49,438 nt of DNA from a virus (taxonomy: Duplodnaviria; Caudoviricetes): positions 1 to 49,438 of the IMG/VR virus record IMGVR_UViG_3300048693_000179; one strand, written 5' to 3'. Positions within the stretch are counted from its first letter, which is position 1; each line of letters begins with the position of its first letter. A model generated the notes under the pieces. That model was not told the DNA's origin. It did not search any database and saw only the letters and a program-made list of their open reading frames with translations. This document shows positions 31,901 to 38,503 of this stretch, in pieces. Position numbers and translations under genes: made by a program.

Positions 31901-32933
31901 TTACAACCCATCTATGAAGTTCTTGCCAGACGCTGTAACAAAGGCTGTAATAGATGGAGACATTCCTCCTGTTCTTACACGTTCAAAGAGAAACAGAGAG
32001 GCCAATTCTGATTACATTGTTTACACATGGGAGAAGCAAGAAGAGCTTCTTACAGAACAGGAGTTGAAAGAGGCTGTAGCAAATCGCCAGTTGTATAAAG
32101 CAATTGCAAACAAGAAGGCTGAAATGCGTAAAGCTAATGACTACTCTTTCATCAATAAGGGTTTGTTCAAGAAGGTGTATGACGATTATGGCACACCTCT
32201 TGAGCACACAGACTATAAAGGTCAGAAATACTTTGTCTACAAGGCTATCAATGCCTGGGGAGATAGCTTCAGAGCTAACGAGTTCTGGGCAACAGATCAC
32301 AAGTCTGTAATTGAAAACGGATTTATGAAGGTGGAAGATGTTCACAACAATTTGATTATCAGCATGTTCTTAGATGGCAGTAAGGTTAAGACAAGTGCTT
32401 CTGCTACAGCTCCTACAGCTGTTCCTTCTGGCAAAACTATTAATATCTATGCAGGTACAGGAGAGAATGCTGAGTTAAGTAACTTTGCTATTAGACCTTT
32501 TACTATAGCTGGTGAAACTTATGATAGTGTAGAACAATACTTCCAGCTTCAAAAATTCCAAATAGCAGAGGTATTAACCTTTGATTATGATTCTACAAAT
32601 GCTCAATCAATTTCAAATAAAATAACTGAAATTGCTGATAAAATAGCTAGTACAAAAAATGGGGCAGAATTAAAAAGATTAGGAAATACTAGAATACCTG
32701 GAACTACATTTAATGAAGAGTTTTGGAATAAGGAAGGTAAACTAGCGATGAAACAAGCTATGATTGCATCGTTCTCACAAAATCCATCAGCCCTTAAATC
32801 TTTATTAGCTACAGGAAAAGCTGAACTTACGCACACACAAGATAATACTAAATGGGGTAAAGAGTTCCCTAAGCTTCTTATGGAAGTGAGAAAAGAATTA
32901 TCAATGAATAAAAAGGATCCATTTACTTGTTAA
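19953..32933 (+). CDS. Giant virion-packaged DNA-dependent RNA polymerase polyprotein (crAss-like), with zincin and NADAR domains
   Basis: 4326 aa; GSDFDIDKL at 29835-29849 (DFDID is the catalytic motif of crAss-like vRNAPs such as phi14:2 gp66), preceded by ETDG and GFRIPTQ; HEVFH...EEKLAEEF zincin at 25767; NADAR-like C-terminus. Confidence 0.85.
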   Translation: MAENPQGPLLDRMGLEEQFGGYTPPGAPEPLPNIPFRGLRNPMPGGSGDEPVSSLEALDASIRKSVGQKRGGSILRPLSQMSNPRYDSFVPGDYNNEDAYAQGQSWTEKMVNGVGKGLVLTGTTFLQSTVGLVNGVGNWIATGNASSFYDNEMNRSLDRLNKELDDNLLPNYYTNVEKNAAWYSPDNLFTANFLWNGIVKNLGFAAGAALSGGVYAAGIKGLSALPGISRLVSIGKQAEVLAATEAGMMSANKVADTYGKIKSLSDRFLTSYKILNPGGRAVVAGLATTGEAGFEALQNLNEERTKLIEEYMIENNGVYPQGEALDAINRKAEQTGDASFWANVGLLTATNYIQFPKILGSSFKAEKGMINSLAAETKEIIEEGGKYIAKPAAGNKILSTLNKIRPYTFSTSEAFEEGAQYAIGISVKDYYNKKNNNEATSFLDSLSEGLTQTFDTDEGMENIIIGGLSGAIMQGRGRFVEDRQKTKNTADAIQKFNQFKLSDFTKDTIDSVNRGTVLQQEREELLKRGDVLNSKDKEADYVINYLSPRIKYGRFDLVQADINDYRALASTDEGFAQLVAEGKALPTDTKESFLARVENLQQTADNVKSLYQSLNLRYAGQVDEQGKPMYPPAVIDQMVYAASKVADYDVRIPKLSPKLSAAGINVDEVVKDIVEGKVESFNAAVDTIANMKDLTDDQKEDLGQALEDVSEMSIRRDKFLKEYNDMKKTPEKYKEYEPTPEDEAKAAEAPGAIVKVKGKTGEKSLIVGEEYFIGKSVDYDKDGLEVPVPISSLTILGENENGTIKIKDNKGEVRDVSKEVLLDYKISRVASVRENKMANYFFKHRNEIFQYNFGEQYGGKKPGRLEYIDDNLFFVYRDDKGKIRRKKLKKEQFVAQEGFTQPRIQMVGDIRNEEQRAALEEMTSDEELARERETLAKNRDARLEIITQLENETRERLNEVNRKLDNKKKELDGIQKDLNKIGEEVRVAEPRTKREKALEAKYPELSRQKAKFSKVFSTTSKALSKLSRMREDVQDEIGKLTAEKNELELNLSYFEDFGQNLNELPENSGEFLAELKEQVKWVEMLIKETGENINVLAKLGKTIEAAIKDFADLLNDSMQKFDADYPQYIKDTLAEIQGGNFIIKNFGDLKEYLADYAVLQDLQQEISVNEKKLQDTEDQVRKLYDQLEELGAEHNAKKQLLDRFQSVADAYKARKAEENKMLENDQLLAEALGTADTDVQTAQFSKEYEPAAKKSDAIIPRATLGVVRGKAHQIRANLFGFNLNRFANRKNIRGVYVTSKNEDQLIPGLTDRLRIDEAGQIDEDINKDEIIAMVMVEEDADGNVKIVGVDGQPIPDGVDPLDYAIYQVYPDGDLKWGAEFDNESMFRKDTPQEVKDSVTEQYKKWRSSVLENPDLTQRHEIEASFGRVENVVDENGKTIYETRTSVQDANLITTDELEANQLITIPTLPTEDGRFAVVNQGTVTFRVPIGTVLLETPNGLVKLQNKKNSVKEAETIYSAVLQLAKNMLNPQVGIKGPESERLFDWLKSVVYWGIPEDQQGNRKPAGYNSMFFEKDAETGRFMLSISGKGKDFAFTPTSLEENKEAIVLMLSNMYNNVKAKLASQLNEPYEEILSISEDGEITSRIWQNYQSYLLSNQTPDGKVRSGEELPLSTTARPTTSDEDVNRTNIYFYTTDTADDFVIPVVEKKKVVTPKVLTPGAPKQAAPTEVVTAAPAAPVPTQTFVLDGKTPNTFTTPQGKKLVFIAPADTTKENAITKISILKGGDLDELMAKVKEAGKDPATVLKGTIFNAIAPTINEMKALEAELTVTIPEDVQEVIVADAESQMGKPVDQDIIDAVNEKISGMDDEALRVVVENELKAFVPENWNQVETWLKANFPNIPVYRVKNIIQATNGRQAWGMFKDGAIYIYENAEVGTAYHEVFHAVWRMFSDSAEQKAILDEMRARGGKFFDRASLSDVKYSEATDEQLEEKLAEEFRDYVQEKKIPAKPAKGRPYILKLFADMVTAIKEFFLGPQSDSKVEKMFSKIGQGYYKSHLPLANSLSYAKQGIIDIEDAFADSDAALSLFGINDKERSDIIQHMTYLTLLDFIKTDRSLFELDKLNKKQQYAKLRYQIYRTIAQKARAAQSLVREGKKTQAEVNPYILNVIQLMQNVKDQWDLLTERHEEYLKSYQLEFDENDGLTLNDENKSGRETWQDASKIDHFKKANGAVKLLLATIPQVDDNGRLVPSSIGGAQLLPVSKTYISIMNNLHTSASIEEMVSRLRNMAESDPNYRTLYRRITKKDWKDGGVDLSKIDTEHGLQLLSAIWNTFKKQNPDVKNVFILENGDIVVGEANLSTAAQQLRSEYINAIVFKAKEGKGFFKYEDKVFKGDPAKLKGIKFDSITGMVDFLNQMGIPFTVSDVNKMNPEQYKMFKEAVLGIKESIAKTEKIATFSGKALGMSGRLLELGLVKTAVSNPEFSSTYFNVSGERTQSYIGTNAASDLFEFLSKLERFNKDTVGGTRYSYLLTDSFAKGSNLLSRMFTTNGTRKEKTEDLFKIGYVSGVVDESKGKRKESSRLTYKDRLVQELNLNLSGYYLNLVPGDASIEWMIKMGNAISTSSISRGMADINAIFKSYFTSELELVRENRPVAKGRKSNEMRFFKGILGDTLHSDVISAKGTPEEVYAAFEDKINAKLADFMEKDMIKLKTSLSQFGILKEGMLGFELENVNIAKNLTEKELNKQLMALTANYMIANIEMHKLLYSDPYQYEDELKRIKSFNSPRQAIISNSPKMNAAFNNVWNKGYKPGDIGFTKFTQDFFRSATHADVLGVINLPNYTNFKETDGSGIISMKANRQFRIRAGQWNSNEERQYRYDVAWEKNDKGLEMSPEERALFAAGNPGVQSAYTPLKPIVSGSKLDKNGSASKFNNVVLDKFALYPLSYRIVKEINDSANAVKLYDKMQAENIDYVVFTSGRKVGAESPHETYKNGEFNNDPYKGVINVPFSIMSIQSEVPSKEDNLVTRGSQITKLITLDFLEAGVPVDFFPGQQFSSRYKAWARLSEAEKLEKSKLYKEIKNNQDLLEALIEEGYKTTLDRLGIKETVTKDGKKYEITDFTKAAQTLRDEILKREVNDNISDALAGFLQGKVVLEATPAYQQVRNIIYSIADKQFISPKISGGLKVQIPSTMLESGTRQVKDGLYESDVLKFYEKGGERVAEVMLGRWFNSPMSDDELLDWFNNTEEGQKQLSILAGVGFRIPTQKQNSVDKIVIKKFLPKEFGDSVVIPAALVQKVGSDFDIDKLSVYLKNVYVKDGKPKLIPYLGTGEEAINKFRELYDKGEFLTDEEMKELDRYISEEKLLLQDAAEESSSGKLMSSIVGKLFSEEELTQEFTRGIPSKDQIIRNLYKKSLENEYIQSMENLITSDANYKNLIKPNSADPLKDIAKFIAEKTVGQTFDYTNVDNMLDRTFMSRLRHAFVTGKYAIGIAAVNQTNHSLNQRQPIYIDKNKLDNLSDEDKFWLGNADIKFDKYNLIEIDGKMVPTLSMIENKAGENISDIIGMFIDGYVDISKGPWIMELGATPNVASTWLFLTKLGVPIKTVAYFMNQPIIRDYLRTIESAGYSWLFIDQFVDQMAEAYEQDMTEAELNNRLATFKIPGETALKDNVGKRISDMNSQQKMDQFLMLKEFLKYAKMAEHMFHVTQGSNYDTSTFNDPFLVFKKQMQQIKAQNTIISSVDTLLANSFIGKLASNVNSVRDAFAQIIKSDNPKVRNVIQQVLMPFVETSDREFVKLAQKAVSDLFDWAVQTDQQLNEMIKDILINDGGVGRELTMFVNDIKKNPRHPLYNNQVINIIEGIPSMRAAVGGPNNAKLNMGETKVYDQNNVIYAFRELRDYLKGEKNPLYDRIVTLSVLQSGLSTSPISFTSLLPYEDFENVYNKTLSKLEGMSNLEDFYKLGVFQRNNWNNDDVVPYLKAALIKTAAGRTYYNPSMKFLPDAVTKAVIDGDIPPVLTRSKRNREANSDYIVYTWEKQEELLTEQELKEAVANRQLYKAIANKKAEMRKANDYSFINKGLFKKVYDDYGTPLEHTDYKGQKYFVYKAINAWGDSFRANEFWATDHKSVIENGFMKVEDVHNNLIISMFLDGSKVKTSASATAPTAVPSGKTINIYAGTGENAELSNFAIRPFTIAGETYDSVEQYFQLQKFQIAEVLTFDYDSTNAQSISNKITEIADKIASTKNGAELKRLGNTRIPGTTFNEEFWNKEGKLAMKQAMIASFSQNPSALKSLLATGKAELTHTQDNTKWGKEFPKLLMEVRKELSMNKKDPFTC
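32433..32915 (+). other. NADAR (YbiA-like) domain at the C-terminus of the RNAP polyprotein
   Basis: LSNF..RPF...GETYDSVEQYFQ..KF...A.LKRLG....W......MK....SFSQNP....LLATG...L.H....WG....KLLMEVR follows the NADAR consensus. Confidence 0.8.
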
Positions 32934-32944
32934 AACTAATATGA

Positions 32945-35900
32945 ATGGCTTGTAATGTACAATTGAACGCTTTAAACTATCTCAAGAGCAAGGATATCAT
33001 TGATGATAACTTGTTGTTGAAGAGTGCTAGGTTTTTCCCTGAGAACGATAAACTTACGGATATTGCTAGAAGTAAGTATGGCGTTAAGGGAGAGGGTAAA
33101 CTATTTAGCACAAAGAGGCTTCCTAGTGACAGCATAAAGGCTGTGCCTAATGAAGAGCTGTTCAATGAACTACAGGAAAGACATAATCTCTTCCAGAAAA
33201 CCAGACTGACAGAAGATGAAATAAATGACTTATATAACGGAGAGGCCCCAATAGACATCTATGATCAGGAGGGTACAATGCCTCTAAGTCAAGCTTCCCC
33301 TGAGACTATTGCTAAGGTGAAGCAGATTCTTGAGAAGATGGGTGTAACCATTAAGGACCTTGCTGAATATGCTAGAGGAGCCAAGCTTGATGCTAGAGGC
33401 ATCAGTGCTGTGGCTGATGTAGTGAGCAAGGTGATTGCTGTGGCTGAAGGCAAAGAGAATGTAGCACTGACAGAAGAGATGGTGCACATTGCTACAGCCA
33501 TCCTAGAGCAGAAGAACCCCAATCTGGTTACCCAGATGATCTCAAAGATTGACAGGTTTGCTATATACAAGCGTACGTTTGACGAGTATAAAGACAACCC
33601 TGCATATCAACTTCCTAATGGAAAGCCTAACATTCGTAAGATAAAGAAAGAGGCTGTAGACAAATTGATTGCTGAACTCATTGTGTATAACAACGAGGGC
33701 ACAACAGAATTCCCTGAGCTGATGAATGAGACAGACAGATCTATCATCAGAACCTGGTGGGAAAGTATTCTTGACTGGTTCAGAGGAATGTATAAGACAG
33801 CTAACATTGATATATTCCAAGAAGCTGCTGGTATTATTGAGGAAGGGGTGGAAGGAGATATTCTTGATGCAAGCACAGAACAAATCTACTATCAACTCTC
33901 TGATCCTCAAAAGGCTCTACAACAACGCATTCTTGAGACAAGAGATGCTGTTAATAAGGTGGTAGATAAACAAGCTACAGATCCCATCCTTTTGGATACA
34001 GAAGAAGCATCTAACTGGTATGAGGTGAAACAACCCGATGGTACATTCAAACGTGTTACCAAGAGGGTAACTAACCTTGTAAAGGCTTGGTATAGACAAC
34101 GCTTCCCTGGTAAGGTGTTCACTGAGGAAGAGAAACGCTTTAATGAAGCTAAGAGACAACTTGGTGTAAAAGGACACGCATACTTTGAAGAGATCCACGG
34201 AAGATATTTTAATTCTGATGGAACTAGAAAGAAGAACGTAGACCCTCGTGCAACAAAGTTATCAGCTACAGATGAGGACATATATGAGAAGCTTGAGAAG
34301 TATTACGCTGATCTAATCAATAAGTTCTCTAAAGATGGCAAGAATCCTCTTGTTTTCTCTGAGGCGATTATATATGATCCTAAGGAGAAAGAGGCTGGCA
34401 CCATTGACCTTCTGATTGTAGAAGAAAATGGTAAGGCTAACATCGTTGACTGGAAGTTTATGAGTGTGGCTGCTGATGCCAAGGATGTTGCTTGGTTTAA
34501 GCAGGGAGCTTATGACATCCAGCTTGGTAGATATAAGGACATCCTACGTGAGAGATATGGTGTAAAAGAGATAGGAATGAACAGAGCTGTGCCTATTATT
34601 ATGCAGCTCAAACAGGAGAACATTAAAGATAAAAACTCTCCTATTAATCTTACAGGTATTGCTATTGGATCTGTTAACACAGAAGAGATTGAAGACCTAC
34701 GTTTGGTTCCTGTCTCTGAGCAAACAGAGTCCACTGGCTTTGAGCGTCTAGATGAACTCATCAGACTACTTAATGCCACCTATAAGCAAATCTCTAAGAA
34801 GGTGGTGACAGAAGAAGATGAGCGTGAGTTTAAGCGTGACCGTTTGAACATTCTGAAACAAGCTATACGTACAGCCCAAGGAACACTAAACATTGCTCCT
34901 CTGGTGGATGTAATTAAGATAATGAGAAAAGAGGGTCAACAGATCCTTGATGACTACAACACTACATACAAAGGTAGACCTGCTAACACAGAAGGAGAAG
35001 ACTTTACAGATGAGAAGCTATCTGATGTAGCTGCAAATATGAGAGAATACAATGCTTTTGCAGATGTATTTGGTAGAATAGATGACCTGATTGGTGAGCT
35101 CATCTATAACAAACAGATGGAGAAAGATGCCACCACAGAAGAAGCTAAAGAAGATGTGGCATCAAGAAAAGAACTTCTTGATAGCATTAGTGCTGAGGCT
35201 AGAGAGATTCGTCTTTCTGCAGAACAAATCAAGAAGGTATCTGGTGAGTTTGCTGATAAGTTTATAGGACAGAGAAACCTTGTAAGAGGACTCTTGAGTG
35301 CAGAGGCTATTGTAAAAGGACTATCTGCCACCTTCAGAGGTGTATCAGAATTACCTATGGCATCTTTGCAGATCTTATACAAGCTTGTCACTAATGCCAA
35401 GGGTAGAGCTTCTAGAGAAGCACTTGGTGAGGTGGATAGACTTATGGCTATTCGTAAGAAGCTTGTAGACAGAGGTGGAGATGTTAGAAGACTGGTTCAA
35501 CAAATATATCAGAAAGATGATAAGAACAAGCTGGTTAACAAGCTGATATATAAGTTTGATAAGAAGTTCTTTGAGGGTGTAGATAACAACGCTCTTGAGG
35601 GCTACCGTGATAAGAGATGGTTGATGGATAACATCGACATTGATGCATATAGAAAGGAAGCTGGAGAACTCCTTAAGAAGAAGATAGATAGAATCAAGAA
35701 GCTACATGATGATAATGAAGAACTCATGGAGCGTCTTATTCTTGATGAGCAGCGTAAGTGGGACATTGATAGAAAGGATTTCATTGGTTGGAACAACTAC
35801 GTAATCAAAAGACATCCCCTAACTAAATGGTATTCAGAGGAATATAAGAGTCTTCTGAAGGACCCAGAGCTTCTTGAGCTTTACAATTTCATCAGTGAGA

Positions 35901-38029
35901 TGAATGATAAGGCTAAGGAGTCTGGATATATTAGTAACAAGGTGGCATCAACCTTCCTGCCTTTTGTAAGAAAGGGAATGGCTGAGAGCTTAGCTTGGGA
36001 CTTTGACCTATCTGCTGTAATGAACTTTGGTAAGAACCTGCAGCTTCAGGCTGATGATGTGGGGTATGGACAGGTGAATGAGCTTACAGGTGAACTAGAG
36101 AATGCTATTCCTAAGTATTACACATATGACTTCACACGTGGTGAGGATGGAGTGAATGACTATTCTGATGTGAGTGAGGACGTGTTTAAGAACATGATCT
36201 TATACATCAACCACATGGAGAAGTATAAGTATTTGTCTGAGGTGGAGGATCAACTGCAGCTTGTTAAAACTGTTGAAACTTTCAAAGGTCACTTAAACAC
36301 CAATAGATCTGGTGAGGTGATCTATGTAAATGGAAAACCTGAAGAACTTAAGGGTAATGAGGAAAACACTAAGATATTCAACGACTTCCTCAGGGCCCTA
36401 TTGTATGAGCAGAAGTATCCACTTTCTGACAGTGATACACCGCTGGGTGTAGGTAAGGTGATGAACTTCGTCAAGAAGTCTTTGAACGACGTAACTGGTA
36501 GAGAGATATTTAAGATAGATGAGAATCCGTCTGCTACATCTCTGGTTAAAACCATGGATGCTGCAAACAGAGCTTTCCAACTTAAGACATTAGGACTAGA
36601 GTTTATATCTGGTGCTGTGAACGCATTTGGTAGTAACATCCAGATTGCTACACAGGCTGGTAACTATTTTAAGGCTAGAGAGGTGCTTGCTAATGAGGTG
36701 AAGCTTGTTGGAAACAAGTTCAAAAATGATGATGAGCGTAAGATGTTCTTGCAGCTTATTGATTCATTCATGCCTTTGAAAGACGATCCTACATATGATG
36801 AGTTGCAGAAGTCTGGATTAAGCACCCTAACAAGAGGTAGCTTCTCAGACTTCCTGATGGTGTTCATGAGACAACCAGAACAACACATTGAGAAATCTAT
36901 ATTCCTCACCCTCTTAGACAACATGATGGTGGAGGATGGGAAGATTGTCAGCATTCGTGAGTTTGTCAAGAGGAAGTATAAAGACCGTTATAATAGTGCT
37001 GCTAGATACAGAGAAGTGGCATCTGCTATTGACCAAGAGATAGAAGAACTTAAGAAGACTAGGTCAATTAATGCTATCAAGAAGCTAGAGGATGGCAAAC
37101 TTGTCATCCCTGGTCTGGACCTTTCTAATGTAAAAGAGCTTCAACGTCTCACCAATCTCACCAGACGTATAGCTAGAAATGCCACAGGTAACTTGGCTGA
37201 TAGCGATCTTAACCGTATGGGAATGAACATCTGGACCAAGTCTATGATGGTGTTTAAGAACTGGATTCCTAAGCTCCTAGATACACGCTTTGGAGAGTTC
37301 AGAAAGGTGAGTGATGACTTCTCTGTAGAAATAGGAGAAGATGGTCTCACCACAGGAGAGAAGTATGACATTGGTAGAATTAGGCTTTTCTCAATGTTCC
37401 TATCCTTGAATATTGTTAAAACCATAAAACAGATAACTGACGTTATTTCTGTGAACGAAGATGGGCTTATGCTGATGGACAAGATGTATGAGGAGTTTGC
37501 TGAGCAATACCAGAAGCGTACAGGTAAGCCCCTGGAAATGGATAGGGATGAGTTCATAGATATGATTAGGACCAACCTCAGAAACCAGGTGAAAGAACTT
37601 ACTATTCTCCTATCTATGTTTGGTGCCATGTTTGCCCTAGGGTTTGCTGCTCCTGATGACGATGATGACAGAGCTGATAAGAACTTCCACAGATATGCCC
37701 AAAGAACGATAGATAAGTTCATTGGGGAACTTTCCTTCTTCTATAATCCTGCTGAGTTCCAGAAGATTATGAGCGGTTCTGCTTTCCCAGCCATGGGTAT
37801 CTTTGGAGATATTGGTAGATTCGTAAGCCACATCACTATGGAAATGACAGGAGTGGACACATCCAATCCTGAGCTTACAGTGGAACAGGTGAGGAAGAAA
37901 GCCCAGCCTGTAAAGAACCTGGGTAAGATGTTCCCCATAACCAAATCCCTGTTCACCTATGGTGGTATCTTGGATGCTGATTTCGCTAAGGAATTTGACA
38001 TTACCATTCAGAAAGAAAGCAGGAGATGA
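32945..38029 (+). CDS. Large cargo protein with degenerate zincin-like motif and PD-(D/E)XK nuclease domain
   Basis: EEMVH (33473-33487); RVT...G..GH..FE...SE..IYD....AGTIDLL......IVDWK...QL..Y (about 34050-34560) is a RecB/Cas4-like nuclease signature; hydrophobic segment followed by DDDDD near the C-terminus. Confidence 0.7.
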   Translation: MACNVQLNALNYLKSKDIIDDNLLLKSARFFPENDKLTDIARSKYGVKGEGKLFSTKRLPSDSIKAVPNEELFNELQERHNLFQKTRLTEDEINDLYNGEAPIDIYDQEGTMPLSQASPETIAKVKQILEKMGVTIKDLAEYARGAKLDARGISAVADVVSKVIAVAEGKENVALTEEMVHIATAILEQKNPNLVTQMISKIDRFAIYKRTFDEYKDNPAYQLPNGKPNIRKIKKEAVDKLIAELIVYNNEGTTEFPELMNETDRSIIRTWWESILDWFRGMYKTANIDIFQEAAGIIEEGVEGDILDASTEQIYYQLSDPQKALQQRILETRDAVNKVVDKQATDPILLDTEEASNWYEVKQPDGTFKRVTKRVTNLVKAWYRQRFPGKVFTEEEKRFNEAKRQLGVKGHAYFEEIHGRYFNSDGTRKKNVDPRATKLSATDEDIYEKLEKYYADLINKFSKDGKNPLVFSEAIIYDPKEKEAGTIDLLIVEENGKANIVDWKFMSVAADAKDVAWFKQGAYDIQLGRYKDILRERYGVKEIGMNRAVPIIMQLKQENIKDKNSPINLTGIAIGSVNTEEIEDLRLVPVSEQTESTGFERLDELIRLLNATYKQISKKVVTEEDEREFKRDRLNILKQAIRTAQGTLNIAPLVDVIKIMRKEGQQILDDYNTTYKGRPANTEGEDFTDEKLSDVAANMREYNAFADVFGRIDDLIGELIYNKQMEKDATTEEAKEDVASRKELLDSISAEAREIRLSAEQIKKVSGEFADKFIGQRNLVRGLLSAEAIVKGLSATFRGVSELPMASLQILYKLVTNAKGRASREALGEVDRLMAIRKKLVDRGGDVRRLVQQIYQKDDKNKLVNKLIYKFDKKFFEGVDNNALEGYRDKRWLMDNIDIDAYRKEAGELLKKKIDRIKKLHDDNEELMERLILDEQRKWDIDRKDFIGWNNYVIKRHPLTKWYSEEYKSLLKDPELLELYNFISEMNDKAKESGYISNKVASTFLPFVRKGMAESLAWDFDLSAVMNFGKNLQLQADDVGYGQVNELTGELENAIPKYYTYDFTRGEDGVNDYSDVSEDVFKNMILYINHMEKYKYLSEVEDQLQLVKTVETFKGHLNTNRSGEVIYVNGKPEELKGNEENTKIFNDFLRALLYEQKYPLSDSDTPLGVGKVMNFVKKSLNDVTGREIFKIDENPSATSLVKTMDAANRAFQLKTLGLEFISGAVNAFGSNIQIATQAGNYFKAREVLANEVKLVGNKFKNDDERKMFLQLIDSFMPLKDDPTYDELQKSGLSTLTRGSFSDFLMVFMRQPEQHIEKSIFLTLLDNMMVEDGKIVSIREFVKRKYKDRYNSAARYREVASAIDQEIEELKKTRSINAIKKLEDGKLVIPGLDLSNVKELQRLTNLTRRIARNATGNLADSDLNRMGMNIWTKSMMVFKNWIPKLLDTRFGEFRKVSDDFSVEIGEDGLTTGEKYDIGRIRLFSMFLSLNIVKTIKQITDVISVNEDGLMLMDKMYEEFAEQYQKRTGKPLEMDRDEFIDMIRTNLRNQVKELTILLSMFGAMFALGFAAPDDDDDRADKNFHRYAQRTIDKFIGELSFFYNPAEFQKIMSGSAFPAMGIFGDIGRFVSHITMEMTGVDTSNPELTVEQVRKKAQPVKNLGKMFPITKSLFTYGGILDADFAKEFDITIQKESRR

Positions 38030-38064
38030 TAGCTATATTATGTCGTTTATTTCTTCATAACTCA

Positions 38065-38094
38065 TTGAAAATACATTACTAACAACTAATTTTG
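38065..38094 (+). promoter_or_regulatory. Bacteroidota-type promoter
   Basis: TTG 38065-38067, 19-bp spacer, perfect TAATTTTG 38087-38094; ATG follows at 38100. Confidence 0.65.
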
Positions 38095-38099
38095 CTAAT

Positions 38100-38495
38100 A
38101 TGCGTACCGCTGCAATTTGCCCAACATGTGCTGTATATGAGAATGCTTTGTGCATCCTCTATAACGGTGAATATTTGCCCAATATTGACGTAAACCCCTT
38201 AGACTCTCTAGAGGTAGCGTTGGGAAAGATAAATGACAATCTGGTTCCTGTAACAGGATCTGGTGCTCCTACAGCTGGAGCCATCTATCTTGGACAACTC
38301 TACGTGAGAACTTCTGTAGCTCCAAACCTATATTTTGCTAAGTCAGTGGGTACAGGTGCTTTGGACTGGAGGATTCTTCCTTCTATTCCATACACAGGAG
38401 CCCCTGAATATGCTGATAATGCAGCTGCTATTGCTGGTGGTTTAACAAATGGTCAACTCTACCGTACAGGTGACGTGTTGAAAATCGTACATTAA
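38100..38495 (+). CDS. Short fibre/appendage protein
   Basis: N-terminal docking motif CILYNGEYL..IDVNPLDSLEVALGKI; GSGAPT motif; C-terminal YADNAAAIAGGL..GQLYRTG..LKIV. Confidence 0.7.
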   Translation: MRTAAICPTCAVYENALCILYNGEYLPNIDVNPLDSLEVALGKINDNLVPVTGSGAPTAGAIYLGQLYVRTSVAPNLYFAKSVGTGALDWRILPSIPYTGAPEYADNAAAIAGGLTNGQLYRTGDVLKIVH

Positions 38496-38503
38496 TCTAA
38501 GAC

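Noticed and set aside
34050-34560. Cas4/CRISPR association of the nuclease domain
   Set aside because: No Fe-S cysteine cluster, no other cas genes and no array; it is a generic PD-(D/E)XK domain within a cargo protein.
13140-37956. Numerous 60-210 aa minus-strand and nested ORFs
   Set aside because: They lie entirely within long plus-strand genes and have no recognisable motifs.
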